From: SAR86 cluster bacterium
GTDB lineage: Bacteria; Pseudomonadota; Gammaproteobacteria; Magnimaribacterales; D2472
DNA length: 60,875 nt
Assembly (NCBI GenBank): GCA_004212975.1
Contig: SHBF01000002.1
Span: 1-60,875 of the forward strand
Direction of reading: 5' to 3'
Shown here: positions 1 to 10,317 of the stretch, in pieces
How positions within the stretch are numbered: the first letter of the stretch is position 1
Layout: every line of letters starts with the position of its first letter
Program-made: the position numbers and the translations under genes
The notes under the pieces: generated by a model
Seen by the model: the letters and a program-made list of their open reading frames with translations, nothing else
Database searches by the model: none
What the model was told of the DNA's origin: nothing

Positions 1-1020
<1,020 letters not shown>

Positions 1021-1025
1021 GTCTA

Positions 1026-1862
1026 ATGGCTAGGGCAGCGCCAACTTTTGGTCAAAAGTTAAGCTTTATTTTTTTTATTACATTAGGCTCATTAATTTTA
1101 TATATTGATATAACTTCAAATAATTTTCAGAGTATTAAAAATGGATTTAAATCATTCAAAATTTCGTCTTTTTATATTGCCAAAGAAATTTCTATAGAAC
1201 CTCTTAAATCAATATTAAGTCATTCGAAGTCAAAAAGTCAGCTAGTTATGGAAAATAAAAATCTTAGGGAGGCATTAGAGCTAAGCTATTTAAATAATTA
1301 TTTAATTTCTAAAGAAAACATTTTTTTTAAAGACAAAGAAATTATTAAAAAAGCATATAATGAGAATAAGTATAAATTTGAATATGATATTGCATATCTT
1401 AAAAGTATTGATCCCAATATGTATAAATGTTGCGATCAACACAGAATGTTTATAGAGATTAGACAAAATACTGATAATTCATATGTTGAAAGTATCGTTT
1501 TTAATACTGAAGGACTAGTAGGTCAAATTATTGGTGAAAGCAAATTTTATGAGGTGCTACTTCTAACAGATATTTCTCACTCTTTGCCAATAAAATTGAA
1601 TTCAAGTGAATTCTTTTGCAATGCAAAAGGAAGCGGGAGATCTGGATATATTATTTGTACTTACAATCCTCTTGTATGGACCAAAGAGGTAAAGGAAAAT
1701 CAAATTTTTTATACTTCTGGCCTAGGTGGAATTTATCCAAAGGATATTGAAGTTGGGTATGTTAGCTCGATTGAAGCAGTTGATTCAACACAAACTAATA
1801 TTGAAATTAAATTACTGGCTAATCCCCTTAATGGAAATGTGTTTGGAGTGTTAAGTTACTGA
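1026..1862 (+). CDS. mreC: Rod-shape protein MreC
   Basis: 278-aa ORF starting 5 nt after mreB. It has an N-terminal TM segment, and its C-terminal GLGGIYPKDIEVGYV resembles the conserved MreC beta-domain motif. Conserved mreB-mreC-mreD order. Confidence 0.85.
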   Translation: MARAAPTFGQKLSFIFFITLGSLILYIDITSNNFQSIKNGFKSFKISSFYIAKEISIEPLKSILSHSKSKSQLVMENKNLREALELSYLNNYLISKENIFFKDKEIIKKAYNENKYKFEYDIAYLKSIDPNMYKCCDQHRMFIEIRQNTDNSYVESIVFNTEGLVGQIIGESKFYEVLLLTDISHSLPIKLNSSEFFCNAKGSGRSGYIICTYNPLVWTKEVKENQIFYTSGLGGIYPKDIEVGYVSSIEAVDSTQTNIEIKLLANPLNGNVFGVLSY

Positions 1863-2335
1863 TGGTCAGTTTTTTAAAAAGATTATTCTTAATCATTTTC
1901 ATTAATTTTATTGATCAAAATATTACCCTTTTATTTTCAAAAATATTCATAATTATTCCCTTAACTTTTTTAGCTTTTTCCTTTTATGTATATAAATCAT
2001 ATAAAAATATCAGTCCTTTAGAGGCTTTTTCATTTGGTTTCTTTGTTGATTTAATTTCAGATTCTTATTTTGGTTTAAATACAATTATTTATTGTTCAAC
2101 AACATACTTTATAAATCAAAACGCTAATTCATTTAAATTATTTAGTTATCTTCAAATATGTTTATTTTTTGGATTATCTGCTTCTGCATACGTTGGATTT
2201 AGTCAACTAATTATTAATTTATATAATTTCTCATATGAAACACTACTAGTAAGCTCATTTGCAAACATAATATTTTGTTTTTTAATTGCTTTAATTGCAT
2301 CATACTTTCCAAAAAGATTTAGCATTAAACTTTGA
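1862..2335 (+). CDS. mreD: Rod-shape protein MreD
   Basis: 157-aa polytopic hydrophobic ORF overlapping the mreC stop by 1 nt (TGATG). Size, hydrophobicity and position match mreD; the sequence itself is poorly conserved. Confidence 0.75.
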   Translation: MVSFLKRLFLIIFINFIDQNITLLFSKIFIIIPLTFLAFSFYVYKSYKNISPLEAFSFGFFVDLISDSYFGLNTIIYCSTTYFINQNANSFKLFSYLQICLFFGLSASAYVGFSQLIINLYNFSYETLLVSSFANIIFCFLIALIASYFPKRFSIKL

Positions 2336-2336
2336 A

Positions 2337-4685
2337 ATGTCAGCTCTTAATAATTTCATAAAATCGATTGCAATATTAATAACCTTTATTTTCATAGTAA
2401 TAGGCTCAGTTTATATTCTAATCATAACCAAACCAGAAAGCGTTATATTTGTAACTAATAGGCTATTAAACGAAGATTATTCAATAGAATTCAAAGAGGC
2501 TAAATCTGATACAAATTTTTTATCACCCATAGTTGTTTTAAGTGATGTTTCCATTAGAGAAGCTAATGAGAACGTAATCTTTCAGGCTGAGGAAATTAAG
2601 ATAGGTGTAAAAATAATTACATCTATATTAGATGGATATATACACTTGAGTAAACTCTCTTTGATCAATATAGATTTTCTAAATGAATCAAATTCCCAAA
2701 CAAACAATGGAACGTACAAATTTAAAATTAACAACATTTACATATCAACTAAAGAATTCACTTTTTACTCTAATAAAACTCAAATTTTAAGTAAAGAGGG
2801 CAATTTATCTATATTAAATAAAGTTGGTGAGATAAATAATATTCCATTTAATGATTTAAAAATTTATAAAAAAAATGATTCCAACCAGTATCTATATTCC
2901 ACTTTTCTTAAATTGGATGAAAAAATTATTGAGAATGAGGATTTGATAAATTTGAGTGAATTTTCTGATAAAAACATCAATCTTAAAATTTATAGCAAAG
3001 GATACTTCGATTCTAATAACAATCAAATTTCATCTCTTAACAAGTACATGTTCAAAGATACATATATTGTTACTGGAACGAAATACGAAGTTAAAAAAAT
3101 TGATGCAGTTTTATTTACAAACACCAATCAAAAGTTAAGTGGAATATTTTCTGCAAAAATTCCAGATCAAATGATAAGTGGATCCATTTCAGTTTTTAAT
3201 AATAAATTAACGTTGAGGTCAGCTGTTTCTATAAAAATGGATAATTTTGTAAATTTTGGCGATTATTTAAACTTAAGTGGCACTGAAATATTTAATGCAA
3301 AATTATCTATTGATGAGAATGCTTCTCTTGAGTTAAGTAGTAATTTAAGTAACACAACTTTTTCATCTAACATTAATGAATTAAATAAAAGGCCATATGA
3401 TAATTTACAAACAAAGATTTTAATATCTGATTTATCGCAACCAACATATGAGATCAAGAATAATAAGTTTAGTGCTTTTATTTATAATAATAATGGATAT
3501 TTTGCACTTGGATCATCATTTGATGAAGATATCAAAAAACTAAATTTCATTGATGGATTTTATATATTTCTTGAATTAGATAACCTCAGGATTGAAAATT
3601 TAGCATTAGAGAATCAATTAAATGATGATTCAAATCTAAAATTGATAAAACTTAAAATTAAACAGCTAGATTTTTTTAATAACATTTATTTTGATCAAAT
3701 TTTTGAAATTAATTTTAGTGGGGATGAAACTGAATCATTTTTTTATGGTAATAATCTTAATGGCACACTAAGAATTGATTCCTCAGGATTTACAAGAATT
3801 GATGTTTTTGATACTAAATTTGAATTTAAAGGAGTAAATATTCTTGACTCAAGTGATGCTTTCAAACTGAATGATATAAATCTAAGATTTGTTGGAAAAA
3901 ATATTCAGACCTCTGATGATGTATTTCAAAATATTGATTTTTATTTTTTAAAAAATAAAACAATAACAACTATTGATAATATAAAAATCTCAAGCAAGAA
4001 CTTTAATATTGGACCATCTTCTAAAAACGAAAAAGCATACATAAGCTATAACAATCAAAATGACTTATATAAAATTAGAGGTTCATTTGAGTTTGATAAT
4101 CAAAAAGATTTACTTGGAAAATTAATTAATTATGATTTTGATTACCTTTTTTCGGATTTAAATGTTCAATGGGTAAGTGCTTCTCAATTAAAAAATTTAG
4201 AAGGAAGAATAAGATTTAAAATAAAAGACCTTGAATCCAATACATCTTTACCAGACTCAGCATTGTTTAATGCTCTTAAGGTTTTTAATTTAAATGCATT
4301 GGTATCCAATCTTACTGATGAGACAAGTTTTATTTCTTCAAAATTAATTATTAGTAGGGCAGAGGGAGACTTTTATATAGGACAAAATAGAGCTTTTTTT
4401 ACTAATCCAATTAAATTTGAGACAGCTGAAGCAAAAATGTCTTGGACTGGCGAGATTTTAAAGAATGATAAAGGCTTCATAGATGAGCTAGATTTAAGCT
4501 TAGATATGAGATTGAAAGTATCAGAAAATATTCCATGGTATGCTGCGATCTTTGGAGGTATCCCTGCTCTTGCAGGAGGCTTTGTTTTAGAAAATATTAT
4601 TGATGAGAGGGTTGATGATGCTTCAACTTTCAAATTTAAAATCACTGGATCGATAGATGATCCAAAAATCATTAGACTAAATTAA
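2337..4685 (+). CDS. YhdP/AsmA-like envelope protein, strongly shortened
   Basis: ATG at 2337 lies 1 nt after the mreD stop; the ORF-track start at 2295 would overlap mreD. It has a single N-terminal TM helix (IAILITFIFIVIGSVYILII), a long N/K/I-rich beta-type body, and a C-terminus ending in an amphipathic/hydrophobic segment (IPWYAAIFGGIPALAGGFV) plus FKFKITGSIDDPKI, typical of AsmA-like/YhdP C-termini. It occupies the yhdP position downstream of mreBCD. Confidence 0.55.
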   Translation: MSALNNFIKSIAILITFIFIVIGSVYILIITKPESVIFVTNRLLNEDYSIEFKEAKSDTNFLSPIVVLSDVSIREANENVIFQAEEIKIGVKIITSILDGYIHLSKLSLINIDFLNESNSQTNNGTYKFKINNIYISTKEFTFYSNKTQILSKEGNLSILNKVGEINNIPFNDLKIYKKNDSNQYLYSTFLKLDEKIIENEDLINLSEFSDKNINLKIYSKGYFDSNNNQISSLNKYMFKDTYIVTGTKYEVKKIDAVLFTNTNQKLSGIFSAKIPDQMISGSISVFNNKLTLRSAVSIKMDNFVNFGDYLNLSGTEIFNAKLSIDENASLELSSNLSNTTFSSNINELNKRPYDNLQTKILISDLSQPTYEIKNNKFSAFIYNNNGYFALGSSFDEDIKKLNFIDGFYIFLELDNLRIENLALENQLNDDSNLKLIKLKIKQLDFFNNIYFDQIFEINFSGDETESFFYGNNLNGTLRIDSSGFTRIDVFDTKFEFKGVNILDSSDAFKLNDINLRFVGKNIQTSDDVFQNIDFYFLKNKTITTIDNIKISSKNFNIGPSSKNEKAYISYNNQNDLYKIRGSFEFDNQKDLLGKLINYDFDYLFSDLNVQWVSASQLKNLEGRIRFKIKDLESNTSLPDSALFNALKVFNLNALVSNLTDETSFISSKLIISRAEGDFYIGQNRAFFTNPIKFETAEAKMSWTGEILKNDKGFIDELDLSLDMRLKVSENIPWYAAIFGGIPALAGGFVLENIIDERVDDASTFKFKITGSIDDPKIIRLN

Positions 4686-6017
4686 GTAAATAGTTGCCAA
4701 GCCTAAGAATGATAAAAATCCAACAACGTCAGTTACCGTAGTTACTACGACGCTTCCCCCAATTGCAGGATCTTGATTAAATTTTCGTAAAATGAGAGGA
4801 ACTAGAATTCCTGCAATCACTGAACTTATGAGATTAATTACTAATGCACAAGATATTAAAATAGCTATAGTAATATCTTTGAACCAACTTAAGGTAACAA
4901 ATCCAACTAAAATTGATAAGACCATTCCATTTAATATTGATACTGCCAGCTCTCTTTTGAAAAGCCAGCGAATATTTGATGTGTTTATTTGCTCCAACGT
5001 TAAACCTCTCAATACAATTGTCAGTGTTTGAGTAGCTGCAACACCTCCCATACTCGCAACTATAGGCATTAGAACTGCTAGATAAACTATTTTATCAATT
5101 ACGTCTTGAAATAAATTTATTGTGCTTGCAGCTATGAAAGCTGTAACTAGGTTCATGCTTAACCAAAATACTCTACTTTTTGCTGCTCTCCCTGGAGGAG
5201 CAAAAGTATCTTCAGCAACACCCGCCATGCCTAATAGATTTTGATCTGCATCCTCTCTTATTACATCAACAACATCATCAATAGTTATTCTTCCAATTAA
5301 CTTACCATCCTTATCTACCACTGGTGAAGAAATCAAATCGTTTCTTTCAAATAAAGTTGCTACCTCTTTATCATCAAGATCTGCATCTATTGAAGGAAAT
5401 TCAGTCTCCATTATTTCTCTTACAAGCATCGTAGGCTTAGAGGTTATTATTTTGCTTATGAAAAGTTCGCCTAAATATTCATTTTCGTTGTTGACTACAA
5501 ATATCTTGTCAGTATTTTCAGGAAGATCTACTTGATCCCTTAAATAAGTTATTACTTCATTGATTGAGTTGTTTGGTCTCACACTTATTACATCTGTATT
5601 TAGTAATCCCCCAGCAGTATTATCTGGAAATGTAAGGCCAATTTCGATTCTTTTTCTATCTACCAAAGACATATTTGATAAGATCTTGTTCATTCTTTCT
5701 TCTGGGAGATTTTGTAAGATATCTACAATCTCATCTAACTCAAGTTCTTTAACTGCTTCAATTAATTCCTCATTAGATATATTTGAAACCAAATCTTGTT
5801 GAATTTCTTCACCTAATTCAAAGAGAACGTCGCCTTCTTCTTCTGTTTTTAATAATGAAAATAAAAGGTTTCTTTGTTTAGGGGGTGAAGATTCAAGAGC
5901 ATGAGCAATTTCAGGCGCAGTCATTTTGCTTAAAAGCCTTCTAATCTGATTTAAAGACAGATTAGACGCATCATCTAAAATTATTTTGAGATTATCATTA
6001 ACATTACTTTCACTCAT
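4677..6017 (-). CDS. mgtE: Magnesium transporter MgtE
   Basis: 446 aa with an MgtE-type N-domain, tandem CBS region (VVDKDGKLIGRITIDDVVDVIRED) and a C-terminal 5-TM domain ending VVTTVTDVVGFLSFLGLA. Convergent 9-nt overlap with the preceding gene. Confidence 0.9.
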   Translation of the reverse strand: MSESNVNDNLKIILDDASNLSLNQIRRLLSKMTAPEIAHALESSPPKQRNLLFSLLKTEEEGDVLFELGEEIQQDLVSNISNEELIEAVKELELDEIVDILQNLPEERMNKILSNMSLVDRKRIEIGLTFPDNTAGGLLNTDVISVRPNNSINEVITYLRDQVDLPENTDKIFVVNNENEYLGELFISKIITSKPTMLVREIMETEFPSIDADLDDKEVATLFERNDLISSPVVDKDGKLIGRITIDDVVDVIREDADQNLLGMAGVAEDTFAPPGRAAKSRVFWLSMNLVTAFIAASTINLFQDVIDKIVYLAVLMPIVASMGGVAATQTLTIVLRGLTLEQINTSNIRWLFKRELAVSILNGMVLSILVGFVTLSWFKDITIAILISCALVINLISSVIAGILVPLILRKFNQDPAIGGSVVVTTVTDVVGFLSFLGLATIYLI

Positions 6018-6041
6018 TCATTAATTCTAACCTGAAAAGAA

Positions 6042-7313
6042 TTATCTATATCTAGATGATGGAATATTATTTTTTTTTCTATATTTTGTAATTGTTCTTC
6101 TAGCCAAACTAAAGCCTCTCTTGTTGAGCTCGATTGCAATTTTTTTATCACTTTTTGGCTTGTTTTCAGAATCAACAATGTCTTTTATTATCTTCATAAG
6201 TTGAGTTGCAGAAATGTCTCTGGTTTTAGAAACTGAAGTTAATAATAAAGATTTGAGTGGCATAACTCCTTTAGGAGTATCAATATACTTGTTCCTTAAA
6301 ATCCTTGACACTGTTGAGGGATGAACCCCAATCTCATCAGCAATTTCTTTATTGCTAAGAGTATTCAGCTTAAGTGGGTTATCTTCAAAAAATGCAATTT
6401 GTTTCGTACAAATATATTCGCCCACATTTTTTACTGTATCGTTTCTTTTTTTTACAGATGTTAAAAGCCATTTGGCGTCATTAATTTTTTGCAATATTTC
6501 TTCATTTTTGTTTTTCTTTAATTCTTTTTTTACATCGCTAATTAGGTCGTTGTCTAATTTTATTAGGGGAAAATTATTATCATTAAATACAACCTTGAAA
6601 TTTTTATCCACAAAGGAGACCTTTAAATCAGCTTCAATAAAATCAGTTTTCTCATAGTTTAAGCCAGGACTCAAATCACAATTCTTTATCTCATCCAAAG
6701 CTGATTTAAATTCTTTATCTGTGTAACCATTTTTATAAGCAATCTTTCTTATTTCAGGAAGGTTATCAAGCTTATCATTAAGAAGTATATCTTCAATTAA
6801 AGCTCTCTTGGTTTTAGAGATATGTTTTTTATTGTCAATTTGAATTTTTATACATTCTTTATGATTTCTATAACCAATTCCACTCGGACTTAATTTATGA
6901 ATTATATTTATAAGAATATTTTCGATCTCTTTTTCTGAATAAATAAAATTAGATATCTCCTCAATCTGCTCTGTACTTTCTGAAAGCTCACCAGATTCAT
7001 CAATGCATCCAATAATTAATTTTGCAATTTTGATTTCTTTTTCATTTAAATGGAAATCATCTAATTGAGTTATTAAGGACTCTCTTAAATTTAACTTGGA
7101 CTCTACATCAAAACTGAAATCAAAATGATTAAAATCTTCATAGTCATTATTGGCATCATTTTTTTCTAAAAATGGATTTTCTATTATTTCTTTATCAATT
7201 TTTTTAATTAATTCAAATCTTGAAAGTTGAAGCAAGTCTATTGATTTTTTTAAGGATGGTGTAAGTTTTACACTTTGCTTTTGTTTTAAGTTTTTTGAAA
7301 GAATAATACTCAT
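6042..7313 (-). CDS. rpoN: RNA polymerase sigma-54 factor RpoN (compact, 423 aa)
   Basis: C-terminal RpoN box ARRTITKYR, HTH (IADEIGVHPSTVSRILRNKYI), an N-terminal Q/L-rich region I-like segment, and position immediately downstream of lptB. Confidence 0.9.
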   Translation of the reverse strand: MSIILSKNLKQKQSVKLTPSLKKSIDLLQLSRFELIKKIDKEIIENPFLEKNDANNDYEDFNHFDFSFDVESKLNLRESLITQLDDFHLNEKEIKIAKLIIGCIDESGELSESTEQIEEISNFIYSEKEIENILINIIHKLSPSGIGYRNHKECIKIQIDNKKHISKTKRALIEDILLNDKLDNLPEIRKIAYKNGYTDKEFKSALDEIKNCDLSPGLNYEKTDFIEADLKVSFVDKNFKVVFNDNNFPLIKLDNDLISDVKKELKKNKNEEILQKINDAKWLLTSVKKRNDTVKNVGEYICTKQIAFFEDNPLKLNTLSNKEIADEIGVHPSTVSRILRNKYIDTPKGVMPLKSLLLTSVSKTRDISATQLMKIIKDIVDSENKPKSDKKIAIELNKRGFSLARRTITKYRKKNNIPSSRYR

Positions 7314-8027
7314 TTATGTATACATCTCTCCAAGATAGACTTTTTTAACTAAATCATTATTAATCAGACTTTTTGTATCACCTTCTGCAATCAGTTCACC
7401 ATCGTTGATAATCGCAGCTTGATTACATATTTCTAGAGTTTCTCTAACGTTATGATCTGTAATTAAAATTCCAATATTCTTTTTTGATAACTTTGTAAGA
7501 ACACTTTTAATATCTTCTATTGCTATTGGATCAATGCCTGCAAATGGCTCATCCAACAAGATAATTTTAGGTTTAGATGCGAGAGTTCTTGCAATTTCGA
7601 CTTTTCTTCTTTGACCGCCTGACAACTGCCTACCTTTTAAATTTAAGATATCTGATAGATCAAATTCCTCAATTGATGTATCTATAAATTTTTTAATGTC
7701 TCCCTTGGTTTTAAAAGAAAGTTCAGCAAGTCCATACAGGTTTTCTATAACAGTAAGGTTAAGAAATATAGAGGGTTCTTGAGGTAAATACTTTAAACCA
7801 AGATTTGATCTCAGATGCATTGGCATTGTTGTAATATCTTCTTTTTCAAGGATTACTTTCCCATTATCAGCATTTATTAGGCCAGCAATTATATAAAAGG
7901 TTGAGGTTTTACCTGCACCATTAGGCCCTAATAAACCGAAAATTTCTCCATAATTTACATTAAAAGATATATCTGAAATAATTTTTTTTTCTTTAATCGA
8001 TTTGAATACATTAATTATTTCTAACAT
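7314..8027 (-). CDS. lptB: LPS export ABC transporter ATPase LptB
   Basis: Walker A GPNGAGKT, signature LSGGQRRKVEIAR, Walker B IILLDEPFAGIDP; lptA-lptB-rpoN order. Confidence 0.93.
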   Translation of the reverse strand: MLEIINVFKSIKEKKIISDISFNVNYGEIFGLLGPNGAGKTSTFYIIAGLINADNGKVILEKEDITTMPMHLRSNLGLKYLPQEPSIFLNLTVIENLYGLAELSFKTKGDIKKFIDTSIEEFDLSDILNLKGRQLSGGQRRKVEIARTLASKPKIILLDEPFAGIDPIAIEDIKSVLTKLSKKNIGILITDHNVRETLEICNQAAIINDGELIAEGDTKSLINNDLVKKVYLGEMYT

Positions 8028-8029
8028 CT

Positions 8030-8446
8030 TTAATTATCCGAAGTAATCTTGCCAGTTTTTGGATTAAAGATGATTAAATTTGAGTTAATAGATAGATTAT
8101 CGAATTTAATCAAGGCATTTCCAACTAAGTGTACTTTTTCATCACTAAAAAAAAGTATCGTTTCTGCTTCTCCATTAAAAAGGTTATTTTCTTTGTTCGA
8201 TTTAATTGAACTTGGATCACCAGATATTGAAATTACTTCTTTTTTTTGATCATAAATTGCTGAATTAGCAGAAATTTCAACATAACTAGAATTTATATTT
8301 ACATTAGAGAAAAAGCTTACTTTGTTTAAACTATTTATAAACTCAACTTTATCAGATTCAATTTTTACATGATTTATGAGATTCTTTGAACTTAGATCAA
8401 GCGTAAATAAAAAAAATGGAATTATAATTAGATGTTTATTTTTCAA
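8030..8446 (-). CDS. lptA: LPS transport periplasmic protein LptA (OstA-like fold, short)
   Basis: 138 aa with a signal/anchor peptide, IESDKVEF, SANSAIYD and LVGNALIKF...LIIFNPKTGKI matching the LptA beta-jellyroll repeat pattern. It sits directly upstream of lptB. LptC cannot be fully excluded. Confidence 0.7.
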   Translation of the reverse strand: MKNKHLIIIPFFLFTLDLSSKNLINHVKIESDKVEFINSLNKVSFFSNVNINSSYVEISANSAIYDQKKEVISISGDPSSIKSNKENNLFNGEAETILFFSDEKVHLVGNALIKFDNLSINSNLIIFNPKTGKITSDN

Positions 8447-9412
8447 CTACAGTATCCTTGCTTCAATTAAATCATGCATTGATAAAACTCCAATATATTT
8501 ATTTTTTTCAAGAACAACCAAAGTAAAAATTTTATTTTCTTCCATTATTTTTGCAGCTTCTACAGCAAGCGCATTTGAATCGATTGTCTTAAAAGTTTTT
8601 GTCATAACTTCTTTAATTTTTGTTTTTTGAATGTCTATTTTTTTATTAATACATCTTCTTAAGTCACCGTCAGTAAAAATTCCAACTATTTTTGATTTAT
8701 TTGTAACCAAAGTAATGCCAAGATTTTTTTTCGTTATTTCAATTAATGCTTTGTCTAGAATAGTATTTAGATTAACTTTTGGGACTTTGTTGCCTTTGTG
8801 CATAAGATCTTGAACTTGCGTAATAAGTTTTTTTCCTAGCTTTCCTGCAGGATGAGATGATGCGAAATCTTTTTTTGTAAAGCCTTTTGCTTCTAGAAGA
8901 GCTACTGCCAAAGCATCTCCAAAAGCTAAAGCATTTGTAGTGGAAGATGTTGGCGCTAAATCAAGAGGACAGGCTTCTTTTTTAGATTTAATTTGAATTT
9001 TTATATCAGCAAACTTTGCTATAGCTGATTTATTATTACTAGTTAGTGAAACTATTTCTTTTGCATGTCTTTTTAGGGAAGATAATATACTTATAATCTC
9101 GTCTGTTTCACCTGAATTGGAAATCAACATAACAATATCTTTTTTGTTTATTAATCCCATGTCTCCATGTGCAGCTTCAGTTGGATGAATAAATATGGAT
9201 GGAGTGCCAGTACTGGATAAAGTTGCAGAAATTTTTTGAGCAATGTGACCTGACTTGCCAACTCCCATAATGATAAATTTACCATCAGAATTTATTACTT
9301 TATCGCAAAGTTCTTCAAATGAATTATCTAACTGATTAGATATTGATCTTATCGAATCTGATTCAATTTTTAAGGTTCTTTTTGCTGATGCTATATAATT
9401 ATATTTTTTCAT
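8447..9412 (-). CDS. kdsD: Arabinose-5-phosphate isomerase KdsD (SIS + CBS pair)
   Basis: SIS motif GVGKSGHIAQKISATLSSTGTPS, a C-terminal CBS pair, and a conserved position upstream of the lpt genes. Confidence 0.9.
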   Translation of the reverse strand: MKKYNYIASAKRTLKIESDSIRSISNQLDNSFEELCDKVINSDGKFIIMGVGKSGHIAQKISATLSSTGTPSIFIHPTEAAHGDMGLINKKDIVMLISNSGETDEIISILSSLKRHAKEIVSLTSNNKSAIAKFADIKIQIKSKKEACPLDLAPTSSTTNALAFGDALAVALLEAKGFTKKDFASSHPAGKLGKKLITQVQDLMHKGNKVPKVNLNTILDKALIEITKKNLGITLVTNKSKIVGIFTDGDLRRCINKKIDIQKTKIKEVMTKTFKTIDSNALAVEAAKIMEENKIFTLVVLEKNKYIGVLSMHDLIEARIL

Positions 9413-9442
9413 ATCAAGCTTGAAAATTTATTTTACCCTTAA

Positions 9443-9451
9443 TGTTATAAT
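9443..9451 (+). promoter_or_regulatory. Extended -10 element TGTTATAAT in the 45-bp kdsD/mlaC divergent spacer
   Basis: Exact TGnTATAAT. The hexamer ends 6 nt before the mlaC ATG (9458), and no Shine-Dalgarno sequence lies between them. Confidence 0.4.
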
Positions 9452-9457
9452 AGTCTA

Positions 9458-10099
9458 ATGTTGCCTTCACTCAAAAAATATTTATTTCTTTTTTTATTCT
9501 TTTTAAATTTAAACAATATTTATGCTGAAGATAATCCTTATATTTTTATAGATTCTAATGCGCAAGATATGGTTGAAGTCCTTACATCAAATTCTAATCT
9601 ATTTGAAACTGACAGAAAAACTTACGAAAACAAAATTAAAGAAATTTTTGAGCCTATGATTGATTTTAGAAGGGTTTCCGCAAGCGTAATGGGAAAAAAA
9701 TACTATCTTCTTGCAACAAAAGAGCAAAGAGTCGAATTTATTGAAATATTCAAAGATTCTCTTTTAGATACATATGCAGAAACACTTGCTCAATGGGGAG
9801 ATTCGACTATTTCTACTGAATTACCAGAAAATGACTCTTTATCAAAAAAATTTGAAAGTTTTGAAAAAAATATTGAGGTTAAACAAATCTTAAACACAGG
9901 TACTAGTGAATATCCAATTTCGTATAAGCTTAGGAAAAGTGATAATGAATGGAAAATTGTAAATATTATTATTAATGGTGTAAATCTTGGCCTAACTTTT
10001 CGAAATCAATTTCAAGCTCTTGCTATATCTCATAATGAAGACATTGAACTAACATTAAAAAATTGGGTCTCTGATGTAGGCGATGCAGGCATTTCATAA
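9458..10099 (+). CDS. mlaC: Periplasmic phospholipid-binding protein MlaC (Tgt2/MlaC family)
   Basis: Signal peptide (LFLFLFFLNLNNIYA), MlaC-like helical body (FRRVSASVMGKKYY, WKIVNIIINGVNLGLTFRNQF), and position upstream of ibaG-murA as in the E. coli mla-ibaG-murA locus. Confidence 0.75.
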   Translation: MLPSLKKYLFLFLFFLNLNNIYAEDNPYIFIDSNAQDMVEVLTSNSNLFETDRKTYENKIKEIFEPMIDFRRVSASVMGKKYYLLATKEQRVEFIEIFKDSLLDTYAETLAQWGDSTISTELPENDSLSKKFESFEKNIEVKQILNTGTSEYPISYKLRKSDNEWKIVNIIINGVNLGLTFRNQFQALAISHNEDIELTLKNWVSDVGDAGIS

Positions 10100-10100
10100 C

Positions 10101-10316
10101 ATGGAAGATACAATTAAGAAAATTATTACTGCTAGTATTGATGATGCAAGATGTAGCTTTGAAGGCGATTCATGTAATTTGAAACTAGTTGTTACATCTA
10201 GCACATTTTCAGGTATGTCTCTTATAGATCAACATAAAACAGTTATGAGGCTTTTGGAAGATAAATTTCAATCAGGTGAATTACACGCTTTAAGTTTAGA
10301 GACAAAGACTTTCTAA
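10101..10316 (+). CDS. ibaG: BolA-family protein IbaG
   Basis: The internal ATG at 10101 (MEDTIKKII...) lies 1 nt after the mlaC stop. BolA-like size, with FSGMSLIDQHKTVMRLL matching the BolA/IbaG core (F.G.S...RH). It immediately precedes murA. Confidence 0.75.
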   Translation: MEDTIKKIITASIDDARCSFEGDSCNLKLVVTSSTFSGMSLIDQHKTVMRLLEDKFQSGELHALSLETKTF

Positions 10317-10317
10317 T

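Noticed and set aside
2295-2336. ORF-track start of the YhdP-like gene at 2295, overlapping mreD by 41 nt
   Set aside because: The ATG at 2337 lies 1 nt after the mreD stop and immediately precedes the TM helix. The upstream extension (MHHTFQKDLALNFE) is the mreD 3' end read in another frame.
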